Of a stretch of DNA of 64,000 bases, positions 7,347 through 17,598 are shown in pieces; position 1 is the stretch's first letter, and every line of letters begins with the position of its first letter. This stretch comes from a virus (taxonomy: Duplodnaviria > Caudoviricetes): positions 32,001 to 96,000 of IMG/VR virus record IMGVR_UViG_3300030376_003987; one strand, written 5' to 3'. The notes under the pieces are model-generated. The model was not told the origin of the DNA and ran no database searches. It worked only from the letters and a program-made list of their open reading frames with translations. The position numbers were made by a program, and so were the translations under genes.

Positions 7347-9300
7347 CGTAATTATATATGATATAGAAACTATGCAAGAGTGCTTCATAGTTGTATGTAT
7401 GAAGCCTGAGAGCACACCTAAGAGCTTTACAGTTAGTAAGTGGCAGAATCAGCTTGATGCATTTGTTAAGTATACTAATGACAATAAGGAGGCTTATTGG
7501 GTGGGTTATAATAACCTACGCTTTGATGGTCAGGTTGTTGAGTGGATACTTAGAAACTATGAGCACTGGCATGACTTAACTGGACTAGAGATATGTGCTA
7601 AGATTGCACAGAAGGCCCAAGATATCATACATGATGCTAATTATGACGTGTTTCCTGAGTATAGAGAGCATGAGCTCACTCTAAAGCAAATGGATCTGTT
7701 TAAGATACATCACTATGATAACAAGAACAGGCGTGTTAGCCTGAAGAGGTTAGAGTTTGAGATGGATCTCGAGAACATAGAGGAGATGCCTATACATCAC
7801 ACCAAGACAAACATGACTAAGGATGAAGTGTTCTTGTCATTACAGTATTGTTTTAATGATGTTGATGCAACTTATGAATTCTATAAGGTTACCATAGGTG
7901 ATACAGATCATCCACTATACAAGGGCAATGACCAAGTGCAACTTCGTAAGGATATAGAAGAGGAGTTTGGTATTAGTTGTCTTAATTATTCTGATAGTAA
8001 GATTGGTGATGAGATCATCAAGAAGTATTACTGTCAGGAGAAGGGTATAGATATACGTGAGTTACCACGTAAAGGATACTTCAGGAAGAGCATCAACATG
8101 AAGAACTGTATTGCTCCTTATGTTGAGTTTGAAACTAAACAACTACAGGATCTTCTTAGCAGTGTTAAGAAGCGTAAGTTAGGCCTGATGGATAACTTTA
8201 AAGAGCATGTACATTTTTATGGAAATGTGTATTCTTTTATGAAAGGTGGTCTTCATACAGAAAACAAACCAGAGGTGTTTGAAGAAGATGAAGATCATGA
8301 AATTATAGATTGGGATGTAGCTAGCTACTATCCTGCTATAATAATTAACAGTGAAAAATATCCTGCTCACCTGGGTAAGGAGTTCTTGAATGGATACAAA
8401 CGTATGTTTGAGAAAAGACTAGAGCTTAAACCACAAGCTAAGGGTGACAGGAGGATTAAGGGAATTGTAGGAGCACTTAAACTTGCAGTTAACTCTGTGT
8501 ATGGTAAGTCATCTGACATGAATTCATGGATATACGATAGGCAACTAACTATGTTCACCACTATAACTGGTGAGTTTAGTTTGATGATGCTTATTGAGAA
8601 GTATGAACTCAATGATATCAGAGTGATTTCAGCTAACACGGACGGTGTAACAGTTAAAGTGAGAAAAGACTTGATTCCCAAGATGCATGAGATCAATGAC
8701 TGGTGGTGTGATACTACACAGTATGTACTAGAAAGAACAGACTATACAAAGATTTTGTTTTCCACTGTTAACGACTACTTAGCTATCATGCCTGATGGTT
8801 ATGTCAAGAAAAAGGGGGACTTTCTTACGGACTTTGAGCTTCACAAGAACAAGTCAGGTAGGATTGTTCCCATTGCTCTTGAGCAATACTATGTACATGG
8901 TACACCAGTTAAGGAGACTATTCAGAATCATAAGAACATCTATGATTTCTGTATTAGAAAGAAAGCTTCTAGAGACTTCCATTATGAGGGAGTTGATAAA
9001 GCTACTAATGTTAAAACAAAGTATAATAAATTGATTAGGTATTTTGTATCCCTTAAAGGTGAGAAAGTCTACAAGGTTAAGAACCATGACTCTGATAGTA
9101 AAGCTGCTAAAAGAAGCCAAGTGGAAGCTGGTGAGTGGGTTTGTGAAGTTTGTAACTATTTGCCTAGCAATCATCCAATGGAAAACATCAACTATAAGTA
9201 TTATATTGATCAAGCAGAGAACATGATTGTAAAGATTCTTACTAATGGTAAGAAGAAAAGGAATACAGTTATTCCTGGTCAGCTAAATCTTTTCGGTTAA
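7339..9300 (+). CDS. Family B DNA polymerase with 3'-5' exonuclease
   Basis: YDIET (ExoI), DVASYYP (motif A), KLAVNSVYGK (motif B), ANTDG (motif C). Confidence 0.92.
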   Translation: MNNVIIYDIETMQECFIVVCMKPESTPKSFTVSKWQNQLDAFVKYTNDNKEAYWVGYNNLRFDGQVVEWILRNYEHWHDLTGLEICAKIAQKAQDIIHDANYDVFPEYREHELTLKQMDLFKIHHYDNKNRRVSLKRLEFEMDLENIEEMPIHHTKTNMTKDEVFLSLQYCFNDVDATYEFYKVTIGDTDHPLYKGNDQVQLRKDIEEEFGISCLNYSDSKIGDEIIKKYYCQEKGIDIRELPRKGYFRKSINMKNCIAPYVEFETKQLQDLLSSVKKRKLGLMDNFKEHVHFYGNVYSFMKGGLHTENKPEVFEEDEDHEIIDWDVASYYPAIIINSEKYPAHLGKEFLNGYKRMFEKRLELKPQAKGDRRIKGIVGALKLAVNSVYGKSSDMNSWIYDRQLTMFTTITGEFSLMMLIEKYELNDIRVISANTDGVTVKVRKDLIPKMHEINDWWCDTTQYVLERTDYTKILFSTVNDYLAIMPDGYVKKKGDFLTDFELHKNKSGRIVPIALEQYYVHGTPVKETIQNHKNIYDFCIRKKASRDFHYEGVDKATNVKTKYNKLIRYFVSLKGEKVYKVKNHDSDSKAAKRSQVEAGEWVCEVCNYLPSNHPMENINYKYYIDQAENMIVKILTNGKKKRNTVIPGQLNLFG

Positions 9301-9563
9301 TGAAAAAAAGAGCTAAGATAAATAGAGGTAACATAACTAGGCATCTTATTGAGTATCAGTTAGATATGGTTGGAAAGCGATTAGTGGATACACTAGACGA
9401 TGATAAATGGTATTTCAACTGGACACTTACAAAAGAACAACACAGTGAGTTTTATAAATACGCTATAAAGACACTCAAGAAGGTGTTTAAGTTTAACACA
9501 AGTAAAGCAAATGAAACGTTTAAATGGTTCTATGAACAATTTGGACTAAGAATTAAAAATTAA
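9300..9563 (+). CDS. Hypothetical protein
   Basis: 87 aa, coupled to the polymerase stop. Confidence 0.65.
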   Translation: MKKRAKINRGNITRHLIEYQLDMVGKRLVDTLDDDKWYFNWTLTKEQHSEFYKYAIKTLKKVFKFNTSKANETFKWFYEQFGLRIKN

Positions 9564-9581
9564 CAATTAAAATCAATAATT

Positions 9582-9833
9582 ATGAACAACGGAGTATTAT
9601 TATTTACAATTCTCGTAATGCTAGTAGGACTAGCTTACACAATGTATGCAGTTTTCTTTGATAGCGAAGAGCTACCAGAACAACCATTACCAACACCAAA
9701 GCGTAAAAGAGGTAGACCAAAGGGAAGTAAGAATAAGGTCAAGAAGACTAATATAATAGTTAACAAACCAAAACGTGGTCCAGGTAGACCTAAAGGATCT
9801 AAAAACAAGAAGAGAAATGTCAAAGCTAATTAA
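9582..9833 (+). CDS. Membrane-anchored AT-hook protein
   Basis: N-terminal TM helix, then KRKRGRPKGSKNK and KRGPGRPKGSKNK. Confidence 0.65.
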   Translation: MNNGVLLFTILVMLVGLAYTMYAVFFDSEELPEQPLPTPKRKRGRPKGSKNKVKKTNIIVNKPKRGPGRPKGSKNKKRNVKAN

Positions 9834-10041
9834 CGAAGACTGGGAACATGCAGCTTATGCTAATGATAAGATGTATGAAGGAGAGCGAAAGTATAGAATG
9901 GAGCTCGAATGGCAAGAGTGGGAACACGAACAGCAAAAAAAGAGAAAGAAACCAGCTACCATAGTGGTAGAAAAACCAGTAAAAGATGAGAATGCACATA
10001 TCCCCACAAGTATTCAAAGAACTCATCAAAAAAAGTTATAG
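9817..10041 (+). CDS. Hypothetical protein
   Basis: ORF track 9775..10041; ATG at 9817 is likelier. Confidence 0.55.
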   Translation: MSKLINEDWEHAAYANDKMYEGERKYRMELEWQEWEHEQQKKRKKPATIVVEKPVKDENAHIPTSIQRTHQKKL

Positions 10042-10615
10042 TCTTGATCTGATTTATTTGCTCAAATTGATAGAAGAGCAGTATGACGTACAACCTTTAT
10101 ATGAGGATAGTATGAAGATTGCTGCTCTGTATCAGAGCTTAATAAGAAAAGGACTGATAACCAAGGATGAAGAGAAGATAACAATCATCGGTAAAGATTT
10201 ATTGAAGTTTGTTACTGATGAGAATACTAAAAAGATAATAAAACGTAAACCAATAACAACGGACTTTGAAGAGTGGTGGAAACAATACCCTCCTACAGAT
10301 TCATTTAATATCAATGGTAAACAGTTCAAAGGAACTAGATCATTGCGTAGAGGTAAAGAAGAATGTAGAAGGAAATTTAAGACTATCATAGAGGAAGGAG
10401 AATATACTGCAAAACAACTAATAGATGCTCTAAAGTATGAGGTAAACCAAAAGGTTGAACGCTCAGTACGTGAGAGAAAAAATATAATGAGTTTTATGCA
10501 AGGTTCTATTCCTTATTTGAATCAACGTACATTTGAAAGCTTTATAGAGCTCATGGAGCAGAATAAAGATCAAGATAATGTAAGTGCAAACTCAGGAGGT
10601 CCCACAGATATTTAG
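9986..10615 (+). CDS. Replication initiator / helicase-loader-like protein
   Basis: FEEWWKQYP...YLNQRTFE typical of phage replisome organisers; upstream of dnaB. Confidence 0.6.
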   Translation: MRMHISPQVFKELIKKSYSLDLIYLLKLIEEQYDVQPLYEDSMKIAALYQSLIRKGLITKDEEKITIIGKDLLKFVTDENTKKIIKRKPITTDFEEWWKQYPPTDSFNINGKQFKGTRSLRRGKEECRRKFKTIIEEGEYTAKQLIDALKYEVNQKVERSVRERKNIMSFMQGSIPYLNQRTFESFIELMEQNKDQDNVSANSGGPTDI

Positions 10616-10618
10616 ATT

Positions 10619-10762
10619 ATGCAAAACACACTAGAATTTAACGAGTGGATGAAAAAGATCAAGAGCAATTATTATTCAGATGATAGACAGATGACTAATG
10701 CTTTTGAGAAATTAAGAAAAATAGCAAACAATAAAAACTATAAAGATGAAGATAATAATTAG
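10619..10762 (+). CDS. 47-aa hypothetical protein
   Basis: MQNTLEFNEWMKKIKSNYYS...; translated by hand. Confidence 0.5.
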   Translation: MQNTLEFNEWMKKIKSNYYSDDRQMTNAFEKLRKIANNKNYKDEDNN

Positions 10763-10862
10763 TATAATACTATGGCTAGTAGTAGCAAGAATAATGATAT
10801 GGTTAGGTGGATTCATCTGGCCAGAGGATAAAGATAACTTTGATAACAATTTAAGATACTAG
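10746..10862 (+). CDS. 38-aa TM micro-protein
   Basis: MKIIISIILWLVVARIMIWLGGFIWPEDKD...; ends 1 nt before dnaB. Confidence 0.5.
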   Translation: MKIIISIILWLVVARIMIWLGGFIWPEDKDNFDNNLRY

Positions 10863-10863
10863 T

Positions 10864-11928
10864 ATGAGTTTTGAACTACTAAAGAAAGAAGTACAAAAAG
10901 GTATTGATGGCCGTAATGGTGGTATACCTATGGGTTTTGATAGACTCAATAGATATGTAGGCATTAGGAAATCTATGTACTATCTTATTGGTGGTCTAAC
11001 AGGTTCAGGTAAGACTAGCTTTATAGATGATGCTTTTGTTCTTAATCCTGTAGATTGGGCTCTATCAGAAGAAGGTAGAGCTTCAGGTATTAAGGTGAAA
11101 GTGTGGTATAGATCTATGGAGCGTAGTAGAACTTACAAGTTTGCTAAGTGGACTTCACGTAAAATATTTCTAGACCAGGGTATAATAATACCAGTTAATA
11201 AACTACTTGGTTGGACAGAGAAGATGACTAAAGATGAGCATGACTTGTTTCTAATGTATGAAGACTATATGAATGAGCTATCAGAAATTGTTACAATTAT
11301 TGATGGCCCTGAGAATCCTGTAGGTATTGCTAAAGAGCTTAAAGCATATGCACTAGAGCGTGGTGAAATAGTACAAGAGAACAAGTATAATAAAATATAT
11401 GTTCCAGACAATCCTAATGAGATAACTCTTGTTGTGTTGGATCATATTGGTCTACTTAAAACAACAAGAGACCAACCAACTAAGAAGCAGGCTATTGATA
11501 AGATGAGTGATGAGCTGAGATACGCTCGTGACTTCTATGGTCACAGTCCTGTTGTAGTTAGTCAGTTCAACAGATCTATATCTAATCCCATCAGGATAAA
11601 GAATGGTGATGTTGAGCCACAGTTGGAAGACTTTGCTGATAGTTCTACAACACAGAACGATTCAGATATATGTATGGCCTTGTTTGATCCAATGCGTTAC
11701 AATGTTGAAGATCCATCTGGATACAATCTAGGTAAACTTAGAGATGATTATGGTGGTAAATACTTTAGAAGCTTAAGGTTAATCAAGAACAGTTATGGTG
11801 AAGATGATATCAGAATTGGTCTTGCGTTCCTTGGTCAGATAGGTATGTTTAAAGAACTACCTAGACGTAGAAATATAACTGATGCAGACTATGAGTCTGT
11901 AGTAAACAAATCATTTTTTATATCATGA
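10864..11928 (+). CDS. dnaB: DnaB-like replicative helicase
   Basis: GGLTGSGKT Walker A, SME, VVLDHIGL Walker B, VSQFNR. Confidence 0.88.
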   Translation: MSFELLKKEVQKGIDGRNGGIPMGFDRLNRYVGIRKSMYYLIGGLTGSGKTSFIDDAFVLNPVDWALSEEGRASGIKVKVWYRSMERSRTYKFAKWTSRKIFLDQGIIIPVNKLLGWTEKMTKDEHDLFLMYEDYMNELSEIVTIIDGPENPVGIAKELKAYALERGEIVQENKYNKIYVPDNPNEITLVVLDHIGLLKTTRDQPTKKQAIDKMSDELRYARDFYGHSPVVVSQFNRSISNPIRIKNGDVEPQLEDFADSSTTQNDSDICMALFDPMRYNVEDPSGYNLGKLRDDYGGKYFRSLRLIKNSYGEDDIRIGLAFLGQIGMFKELPRRRNITDADYESVVNKSFFIS

Positions 11929-13010
11929 CATTAAGAGATAAACGACAAGCAGAATTTGCTAATGTATGGTGGAATCATGGAAAGTTTGGGATCCTAAACT
12001 TATGTCCTAGGTTTGGTAAGATAAGAACTACAATTAACATCTTGAAGAAGATGAAACCTGATTGTAACATTCTTATTGCCTATCCTGATAATAAGATTAA
12101 ACAGTCTTGGATAGAAGACTTTGAGGAGATGGACTATGAGAATGATAACATTACATACACAACACACCTGTCTATACACAAACATACAGGTACAGAGTTT
12201 GACATAGTTGTTATTGATGAGATACATCTACTATCAGAAGCACAGATAGGTGCATGTGTAGACTTGTTCTCTATCAATGATAACATACTTGGCCTCACTG
12301 GTACACTATCTAGATGGACAAAACGTACACTTAGAGATGACTTATCACTATCTGTAGTTGCAGAATATCCTATTGAAAAAGCAATTGAAGAAGGTGTTAT
12401 AGTTGACTACCAGATAACCGTAGTGAAGGTACCACTAGATAACATTGTTCGCAATGAGTATGGAAAGAAGAAAATCAAGAAGACAGAGTTGCAACAGTTT
12501 AAGTATCTAACAGGTACTATAAACAGAATGATGTACAGTGGTGGTAACACTATGTTTATGAGACTAGCAAGGATGCGCCTCATCCAGAGTAGCTTAGCTA
12601 AGCTAAACAAAACCAAACAACTGTTAAATCAGTATAAGGATGAGCGTGTTCTTGTATTTTGTGGTACTACAAAGATAGCAGATAGTCTAGGTGTACCATC
12701 ACATCATAGTAAATCTAAAGATAAAGATGCTTTTAAGAGATTTGCTGAAGGTGAGGGTAAACATATGGCTGTTGTGAAGATTGGTAATACAGGAATCACA
12801 TACAAACCATTAAACAAGGTTATTATAAACTATTTTGATAGTAATGCAGAGAATCTTGCACAGAAGATTAATAGATGTATGGCCATGGAGTACAATACTC
12901 CTGATAAAAAAGCGGATATATACATCATCTCTTCTCAAGAGAATGTAGAAGAAAAGTGGCTTAATAAAGCACTAGAATTCTTTGACAAAAAGAAGATAAA
13001 TTACGCATAA
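11925..13010 (+). CDS. SF2 (DEAD/DEAH-like) helicase
   Basis: CPRFGKIR motif I variant, DEIH, GLTGT. Confidence 0.8.
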   Translation: MTLRDKRQAEFANVWWNHGKFGILNLCPRFGKIRTTINILKKMKPDCNILIAYPDNKIKQSWIEDFEEMDYENDNITYTTHLSIHKHTGTEFDIVVIDEIHLLSEAQIGACVDLFSINDNILGLTGTLSRWTKRTLRDDLSLSVVAEYPIEKAIEEGVIVDYQITVVKVPLDNIVRNEYGKKKIKKTELQQFKYLTGTINRMMYSGGNTMFMRLARMRLIQSSLAKLNKTKQLLNQYKDERVLVFCGTTKIADSLGVPSHHSKSKDKDAFKRFAEGEGKHMAVVKIGNTGITYKPLNKVIINYFDSNAENLAQKINRCMAMEYNTPDKKADIYIISSQENVEEKWLNKALEFFDKKKINYA

Positions 13011-13015
13011 TTTCG

Positions 13016-13023
13016 TATATTTG
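13016..13023 (+). promoter_or_regulatory. -7 promoter box TATATTTG
   Basis: Intergenic, upstream of ATG 13057. Confidence 0.55.
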
Positions 13024-13056
13024 TCAAGTTAATAATTACATAATAAATAAATAAAA

Positions 13057-13725
13057 ATGAGTTCAAAATTAATTGGAATTGTTGGTGAAACTGGGACAGG
13101 TAAGTCAACAGCGATTAAACATTTAGATCCTAAAGAAACGTACATTATCAATGTTGCAAAGAAAGAATTGCCCTTCAAAGGATCAGGCAAGCTTTACAAC
13201 GCAGATAATAAAAACTACAAAGAGGTAGATGATCCTACACAAATCACAAGACTTCTAAAGACTCTCTCTGAGAAAGCACCACACATTAAAAATGTGGTGA
13301 TAGAGGATAGTAACTATCTTATGGGTTTCCGTATGGTAGAGAAAGCTACAGAAACAGGCTTTATGAAGTTTAGTGTAATGGCTAAAGACATGGTTGACAT
13401 GTTTAGAACAGCTAGAGCATTACGTGATGACATGTGTATATTTTATTTCTCTCATCCAGAAACAATAGAAGATGCTGGTGAGATAATAGGATACAAAATT
13501 AAAACTGCAGGTAAATTAATTGACAATCAAGTATTGTTAGAAGGATTATTAACTGTATGTTTGTATACACATGTAGAGGAAACAAAGGATGGAGCAAACT
13601 ATTATTTCTTAACTAATCGTTTTAGAAAGAAGCCTGCTAAAAGTCCTGATGGTATGTTTGAAGAAACAAAAATACCTAACAATCTACAGCTAGTAAAAGA
13701 TAATGTAATAGAATACTATAATTAA
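13057..13725 (+). CDS. AAA ATPase (Sak4-like / AAA_24 recombination protein)
   Basis: GETGTGKS Walker A, VVIED Walker B, AKSPDGMF. Confidence 0.8.
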   Translation: MSSKLIGIVGETGTGKSTAIKHLDPKETYIINVAKKELPFKGSGKLYNADNKNYKEVDDPTQITRLLKTLSEKAPHIKNVVIEDSNYLMGFRMVEKATETGFMKFSVMAKDMVDMFRTARALRDDMCIFYFSHPETIEDAGEIIGYKIKTAGKLIDNQVLLEGLLTVCLYTHVEETKDGANYYFLTNRFRKKPAKSPDGMFEETKIPNNLQLVKDNVIEYYN

Positions 13726-13743
13726 TAATTAAAATTAAAATTT

Positions 13744-14625
13744 ATGAGTACAATTGGAGGAGTAAAAAGAGAATCCGCAATCAACAGTGAAAACACAGCT
13801 TACCCAAAGAAGGTGGGCTTATTTGAAGCAGACATAGTTGCAATTAATCCAACTATAGAAGAGTATAGTACAGTTCTTGGAATGGAACTAAATCCAGATA
13901 GCAAAGCTACTGAGTATTTAGGTACTACTAAAGATGGTAATACATATCTTCGTGTAGATGTTTGGCTAAAACAAATCAAGACAGAGAATCAATTTAAGGT
14001 GAGTTTCTTCTTGGAAGATAAAGAAAGAGAGAACCGTGATGGGACTAAGAAACAATATATAAACAGTGTAGGTATGACAGCTTGGGCTGCTGATGAGAAT
14101 GACTTATGGGACTGGTTTACTAATGGACGTGACTATCGTGTTGCATATGTTGGTGAGGAGGACTTGTATGAGTTTGTTCGTACTTGGTTAGGTAAGTTGG
14201 ATTATCGTCATGCAGATACAGTTCTTCAACTAGATTGGAAGAAGCTTATGCGTGGTAACATCAATGATCTTAAAGGTGAGGTTGATGGTGAATGGTGTAA
14301 CACTGTTGTAGCGCTAGCAACTGTTGTTGTTAAAGAGCGTGATGGTGAAACTAAAGAGTATCAAGGTATCTACAACAAAGGATTCTTGTCTGGATATACA
14401 ATGAAACAGTTTAGACTGGTCGATTATACAGATAAGCGTACACTTGATAGCCTTAGATCTAGAAAGCCACGTGAACTTAAACCACATGAAAGATTTGTAG
14501 TTCGTGTGAGTGGTGAGTATGGTTGTAAAGACTATTACATTCTAAAAGAAATTGAAGAGTATAACCCTGGTGATAATCTTGTCGCCTCTGATAGTTATAT
14601 ATCAGATGATGGGTCAGACTACTAA
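13744..14625 (+). CDS. Putative ssDNA-binding protein (crAss-like)
   Basis: Located between the ATPase and primase; VAINPT motif; acidic tail. Confidence 0.55.
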   Translation: MSTIGGVKRESAINSENTAYPKKVGLFEADIVAINPTIEEYSTVLGMELNPDSKATEYLGTTKDGNTYLRVDVWLKQIKTENQFKVSFFLEDKERENRDGTKKQYINSVGMTAWAADENDLWDWFTNGRDYRVAYVGEEDLYEFVRTWLGKLDYRHADTVLQLDWKKLMRGNINDLKGEVDGEWCNTVVALATVVVKERDGETKEYQGIYNKGFLSGYTMKQFRLVDYTDKRTLDSLRSRKPRELKPHERFVVRVSGEYGCKDYYILKEIEEYNPGDNLVASDSYISDDGSDY

Positions 14626-14645
14626 CCAAACCAATGTATAATAAG

Positions 14646-14676
14646 AGCCCTCTTCAGAAATGTTGAGGGCTTTTTT
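14646..14676 (+). terminator. Rho-independent terminator
   Basis: agccctc/gagggct stem plus T-run. Confidence 0.75.
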
Positions 14677-14688
14677 AATATAAAACTT

Positions 14689-15696
14689 ATGATAAAGGGA
14701 AAGAAGTATGTACGTGTAAGTGCAGAGTTAATACTATCTAAAATATCAGAGTATGATATCTTCAGGTTTTATATGCCTAATAATGGTTGGAAGTTGGGAC
14801 AGGCAACATATTCTCCATTTAGAGATGAGAAGAATCCATCCTTTCTAGTTGGAGTTAGAGGAGACACTATAATGTTTATTGACTTTGGTGATACTAGTAT
14901 GAAAGGGGATTGTTTTGAGTTCGTAAAGAAACTCTACAATATTCCTACATTTCATGAAGTGCTAATTAAGATTGATAATGATTTTAACTTAGGAATAAGT
15001 TCAGGATCTGATTCAAAAGAATATAAGAAGATAATTAAGTCTTATTCTCAACCAGAGATGGTGAGTAAAGACTATTCTTTTATTCAGGTGAAGACTAGAA
15101 ACTTCACACATGAAGAGTTAGCTTATTGGAATGAATACTATCAAGACATTGAGGATCTCAAAGCTAATAATGTATTCTCAGTTGCTGAAGTGTATCTAAA
15201 TAAGAAGCGTATTGTTATACCAGATAACGAGCTTAGGTTTGGGTATCTCTATGATGGTCACTGGAAGATATATAGACCATTCTCTGATAGAAGATGGAAG
15301 TGGATGCCTAATAATGTACCAATCACCGCTATGGATGGTAAAGATGACATCAAAGATTGTGATGTTGCATTTATCAACAAGAGCAAGAAAGACTACATGG
15401 TTATGAAGAAGTTGTATCCGTGTTGTTGTGCTGTTCAGAATGAAGGTATGGGATGTTTTTCTGATGAGAATGTACAATTCTTATTAGATAACTCAAACAG
15501 ACAAATACTATCATTTGATAGCGATGAGACAGGCGTATCTAATAGTAAGAAGATTACTGAGATGTTTGGATTTGACTATTGTAATGTTCCTAGAAAGTTC
15601 CTAAAAGATGGAATTAAAGACTGGGCAGACCTTGCAAGAGTTCATGGACTCAAAGTAATAGAAGAATATTTAATAAATAAAAACATAATACAATAA
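14689..15696 (+). CDS. DNA primase (DnaG/TOPRIM)
   Basis: SPFRDEKNPSF, GDCFEFV, KSKKD, SFDSDETG, KDWAD. Confidence 0.85.
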   Translation: MIKGKKYVRVSAELILSKISEYDIFRFYMPNNGWKLGQATYSPFRDEKNPSFLVGVRGDTIMFIDFGDTSMKGDCFEFVKKLYNIPTFHEVLIKIDNDFNLGISSGSDSKEYKKIIKSYSQPEMVSKDYSFIQVKTRNFTHEELAYWNEYYQDIEDLKANNVFSVAEVYLNKKRIVIPDNELRFGYLYDGHWKIYRPFSDRRWKWMPNNVPITAMDGKDDIKDCDVAFINKSKKDYMVMKKLYPCCCAVQNEGMGCFSDENVQFLLDNSNRQILSFDSDETGVSNSKKITEMFGFDYCNVPRKFLKDGIKDWADLARVHGLKVIEEYLINKNIIQ

Positions 15697-15698
15697 AA

Positions 15699-16496
15699 AT
15701 GGAAAATACAGTAATTCATAACAGTGCACAAGCTAAAAACACAATGCTAAGTGCACCAGTACCCCAACAAACTAAAACCTATAAACCTGTAAGCCATAGA
15801 CAGCTTATGGATTTAACACTAGAGAGTATATATCAGTCAGGTTTTACCCTTGAGAGCCAAAACTACTCAACAGCTAGAGGTGGTAACATTGCTACAGCTA
15901 AATATGCAATTAGTAATGTTGCAGACAATGAAATGAAGTTACAAATAGCATGGCAGAACAGCTATGATAGAACAGCTTCTCTAAAGTTTGCTATGGGAGT
16001 AAAGATTATGGTGTGCAGTAATGGTATGGTGTCAGGAGACATGGGATCTTTTAGAAAGATTCACAGAGGAGACATACAAACATTTACACCAGCAGCCATC
16101 ACTGAGTATATTAAACAGGGTGGAGACGCATTTAAGTCTATACAAGATGACAGAGAGGTTATGAAGACTATCGATGTATCTGAACAAGGACAGGCAGAAC
16201 TATTAGGTAGACTATTTATTCAGGAGAATCTTATTAATACCAAGCAGCTGAATATAGCTAAGCGTGAGTTGAGCACACCAACGCATGATTATGGTCATGC
16301 TAACAGTTTATGGGAGCTTTACAATCATGTTACATTTGCAATGAAAGAAACTCACCCAACAGACTGGATGAGAAGCCATATTAAGACACATGAGTTCTTC
16401 AAGAACTATGGTAATCTCGCAACAGAGAAGATGCAAGCAGATGCAGATATGTTTGCAGCTGTACTTAGTAATCAATTAGATATGTTTGAATCATGA
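15699..16496 (+). CDS. DUF932/DUF945-like protein
   Basis: NSYDRT...VCSNGM...SLWELYNHVT. Confidence 0.7.
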   Translation: MENTVIHNSAQAKNTMLSAPVPQQTKTYKPVSHRQLMDLTLESIYQSGFTLESQNYSTARGGNIATAKYAISNVADNEMKLQIAWQNSYDRTASLKFAMGVKIMVCSNGMVSGDMGSFRKIHRGDIQTFTPAAITEYIKQGGDAFKSIQDDREVMKTIDVSEQGQAELLGRLFIQENLINTKQLNIAKRELSTPTHDYGHANSLWELYNHVTFAMKETHPTDWMRSHIKTHEFFKNYGNLATEKMQADADMFAAVLSNQLDMFES

Positions 16497-16726
16497 CAGT
16501 TAATGAATATGTAAACAACCTTGTACAGTTGTTAAAAAAAGATCCTGAGATAGGTGAATTAGAAGTAATCTATTCTCAGGACGCAGAGGGTAACTCTTAT
16601 CAGAAGGTGTTCTACACTCCATCAATTATGAAGACAGAGGGATTGGAGAATGCATATGTCACAGGAGTGGAGAATATTGACCCAGATGAGATAGATGTAG
16701 AAACAAGTGCATTATGTATTAACTGA
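16493..16726 (+). CDS. Hypothetical protein
   Basis: 77 aa with DAEGNSY motif. Confidence 0.6.
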   Translation: MTVNEYVNNLVQLLKKDPEIGELEVIYSQDAEGNSYQKVFYTPSIMKTEGLENAYVTGVENIDPDEIDVETSALCIN

Positions 16727-17598
16727 TGGGACGTACGTTAGTAACAGGAGGAGCAGGTTTTATAGGCTCCCACGTAGTTGAAAAGCTAGTTGAGTTAGGT
16801 GAAGAGGTTATAGTGCTAGATAACTTTAGCACTGGTAAGATGAAAAACTTACAACCTGGTTTAGTCACGATAATATATGAGCTAGGAAGTAATCAATGGG
16901 GTAAATTACCTAATATACAATTTGATGCTCTTATTCATCTGGCTGCACCAGTATCAGTTGAAGAGAGTTTCCTAAAACCAAACAAGTATCGTTCTCAAAT
17001 TATAAAAGGTAGTATAGAGTTGTTTGAGTGGGCAATAAATAGTGGTTGTCAAGATATAGTAGTAGCTTCAACAGCTGCTGTATATGGAGAGACAAAAACA
17101 TTTCCTACAACAGAAGATAGTAAGTTATCTCCTGGATCACCTTATGCATCATGTAAACTTGCATTAGAAGAGCTTTGTATGCAATATGAAGCAAACTTCT
17201 CAGTGCTTAGATTCTTTAATGTATTTGGAGAAAGACAAGCAAATGAAGGTGGATATCTATCAGCAATACCTATATTTTTGAAACAATACCTGAGTCATAA
17301 GAAGCTAACAGTTACAGGAGACGGTCAGCAGACTAGAGACTTTATATATGTTAAAGATGTAGTTGATGCTATTATATCTTCATTAGGTTTTAATGGTACT
17401 TGGAATGTAGGCTCTGGTGAGGAGGTTAAGATTATGGATGTAGCTGAAGCATTTAGTAACAACATAAAGCTTATACCTGTCAGGGAAGAACCTAAGCGAT
17501 CTCTTAGTGACATAAGTAAGATAAAAGAAGACTTGGGATGGACTCCACAAGTAAGTTTAATTAATTGGATAAAATCAATAAAGAATGAAATGGGATAA
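16726..17598 (+). CDS. NAD-dependent nucleotide-sugar epimerase/dehydratase (extended SDR)
   Basis: TGGAGFIG, HLAA, STAAVYG, YASCK, RFFNVFG, RDFIYV. Confidence 0.9.
   Translation: MGRTLVTGGAGFIGSHVVEKLVELGEEVIVLDNFSTGKMKNLQPGLVTIIYELGSNQWGKLPNIQFDALIHLAAPVSVEESFLKPNKYRSQIIKGSIELFEWAINSGCQDIVVASTAAVYGETKTFPTTEDSKLSPGSPYASCKLALEELCMQYEANFSVLRFFNVFGERQANEGGYLSAIPIFLKQYLSHKKLTVTGDGQQTRDFIYVKDVVDAIISSLGFNGTWNVGSGEEVKIMDVAEAFSNNIKLIPVREEPKRSLSDISKIKEDLGWTPQVSLINWIKSIKNEMG

Noticed and set aside
8795-9226. Alternative-frame ORFs inside polB and similar short antisense ORFs elsewhere
   Set aside because: They are fully nested in well-supported genes and show no motifs.
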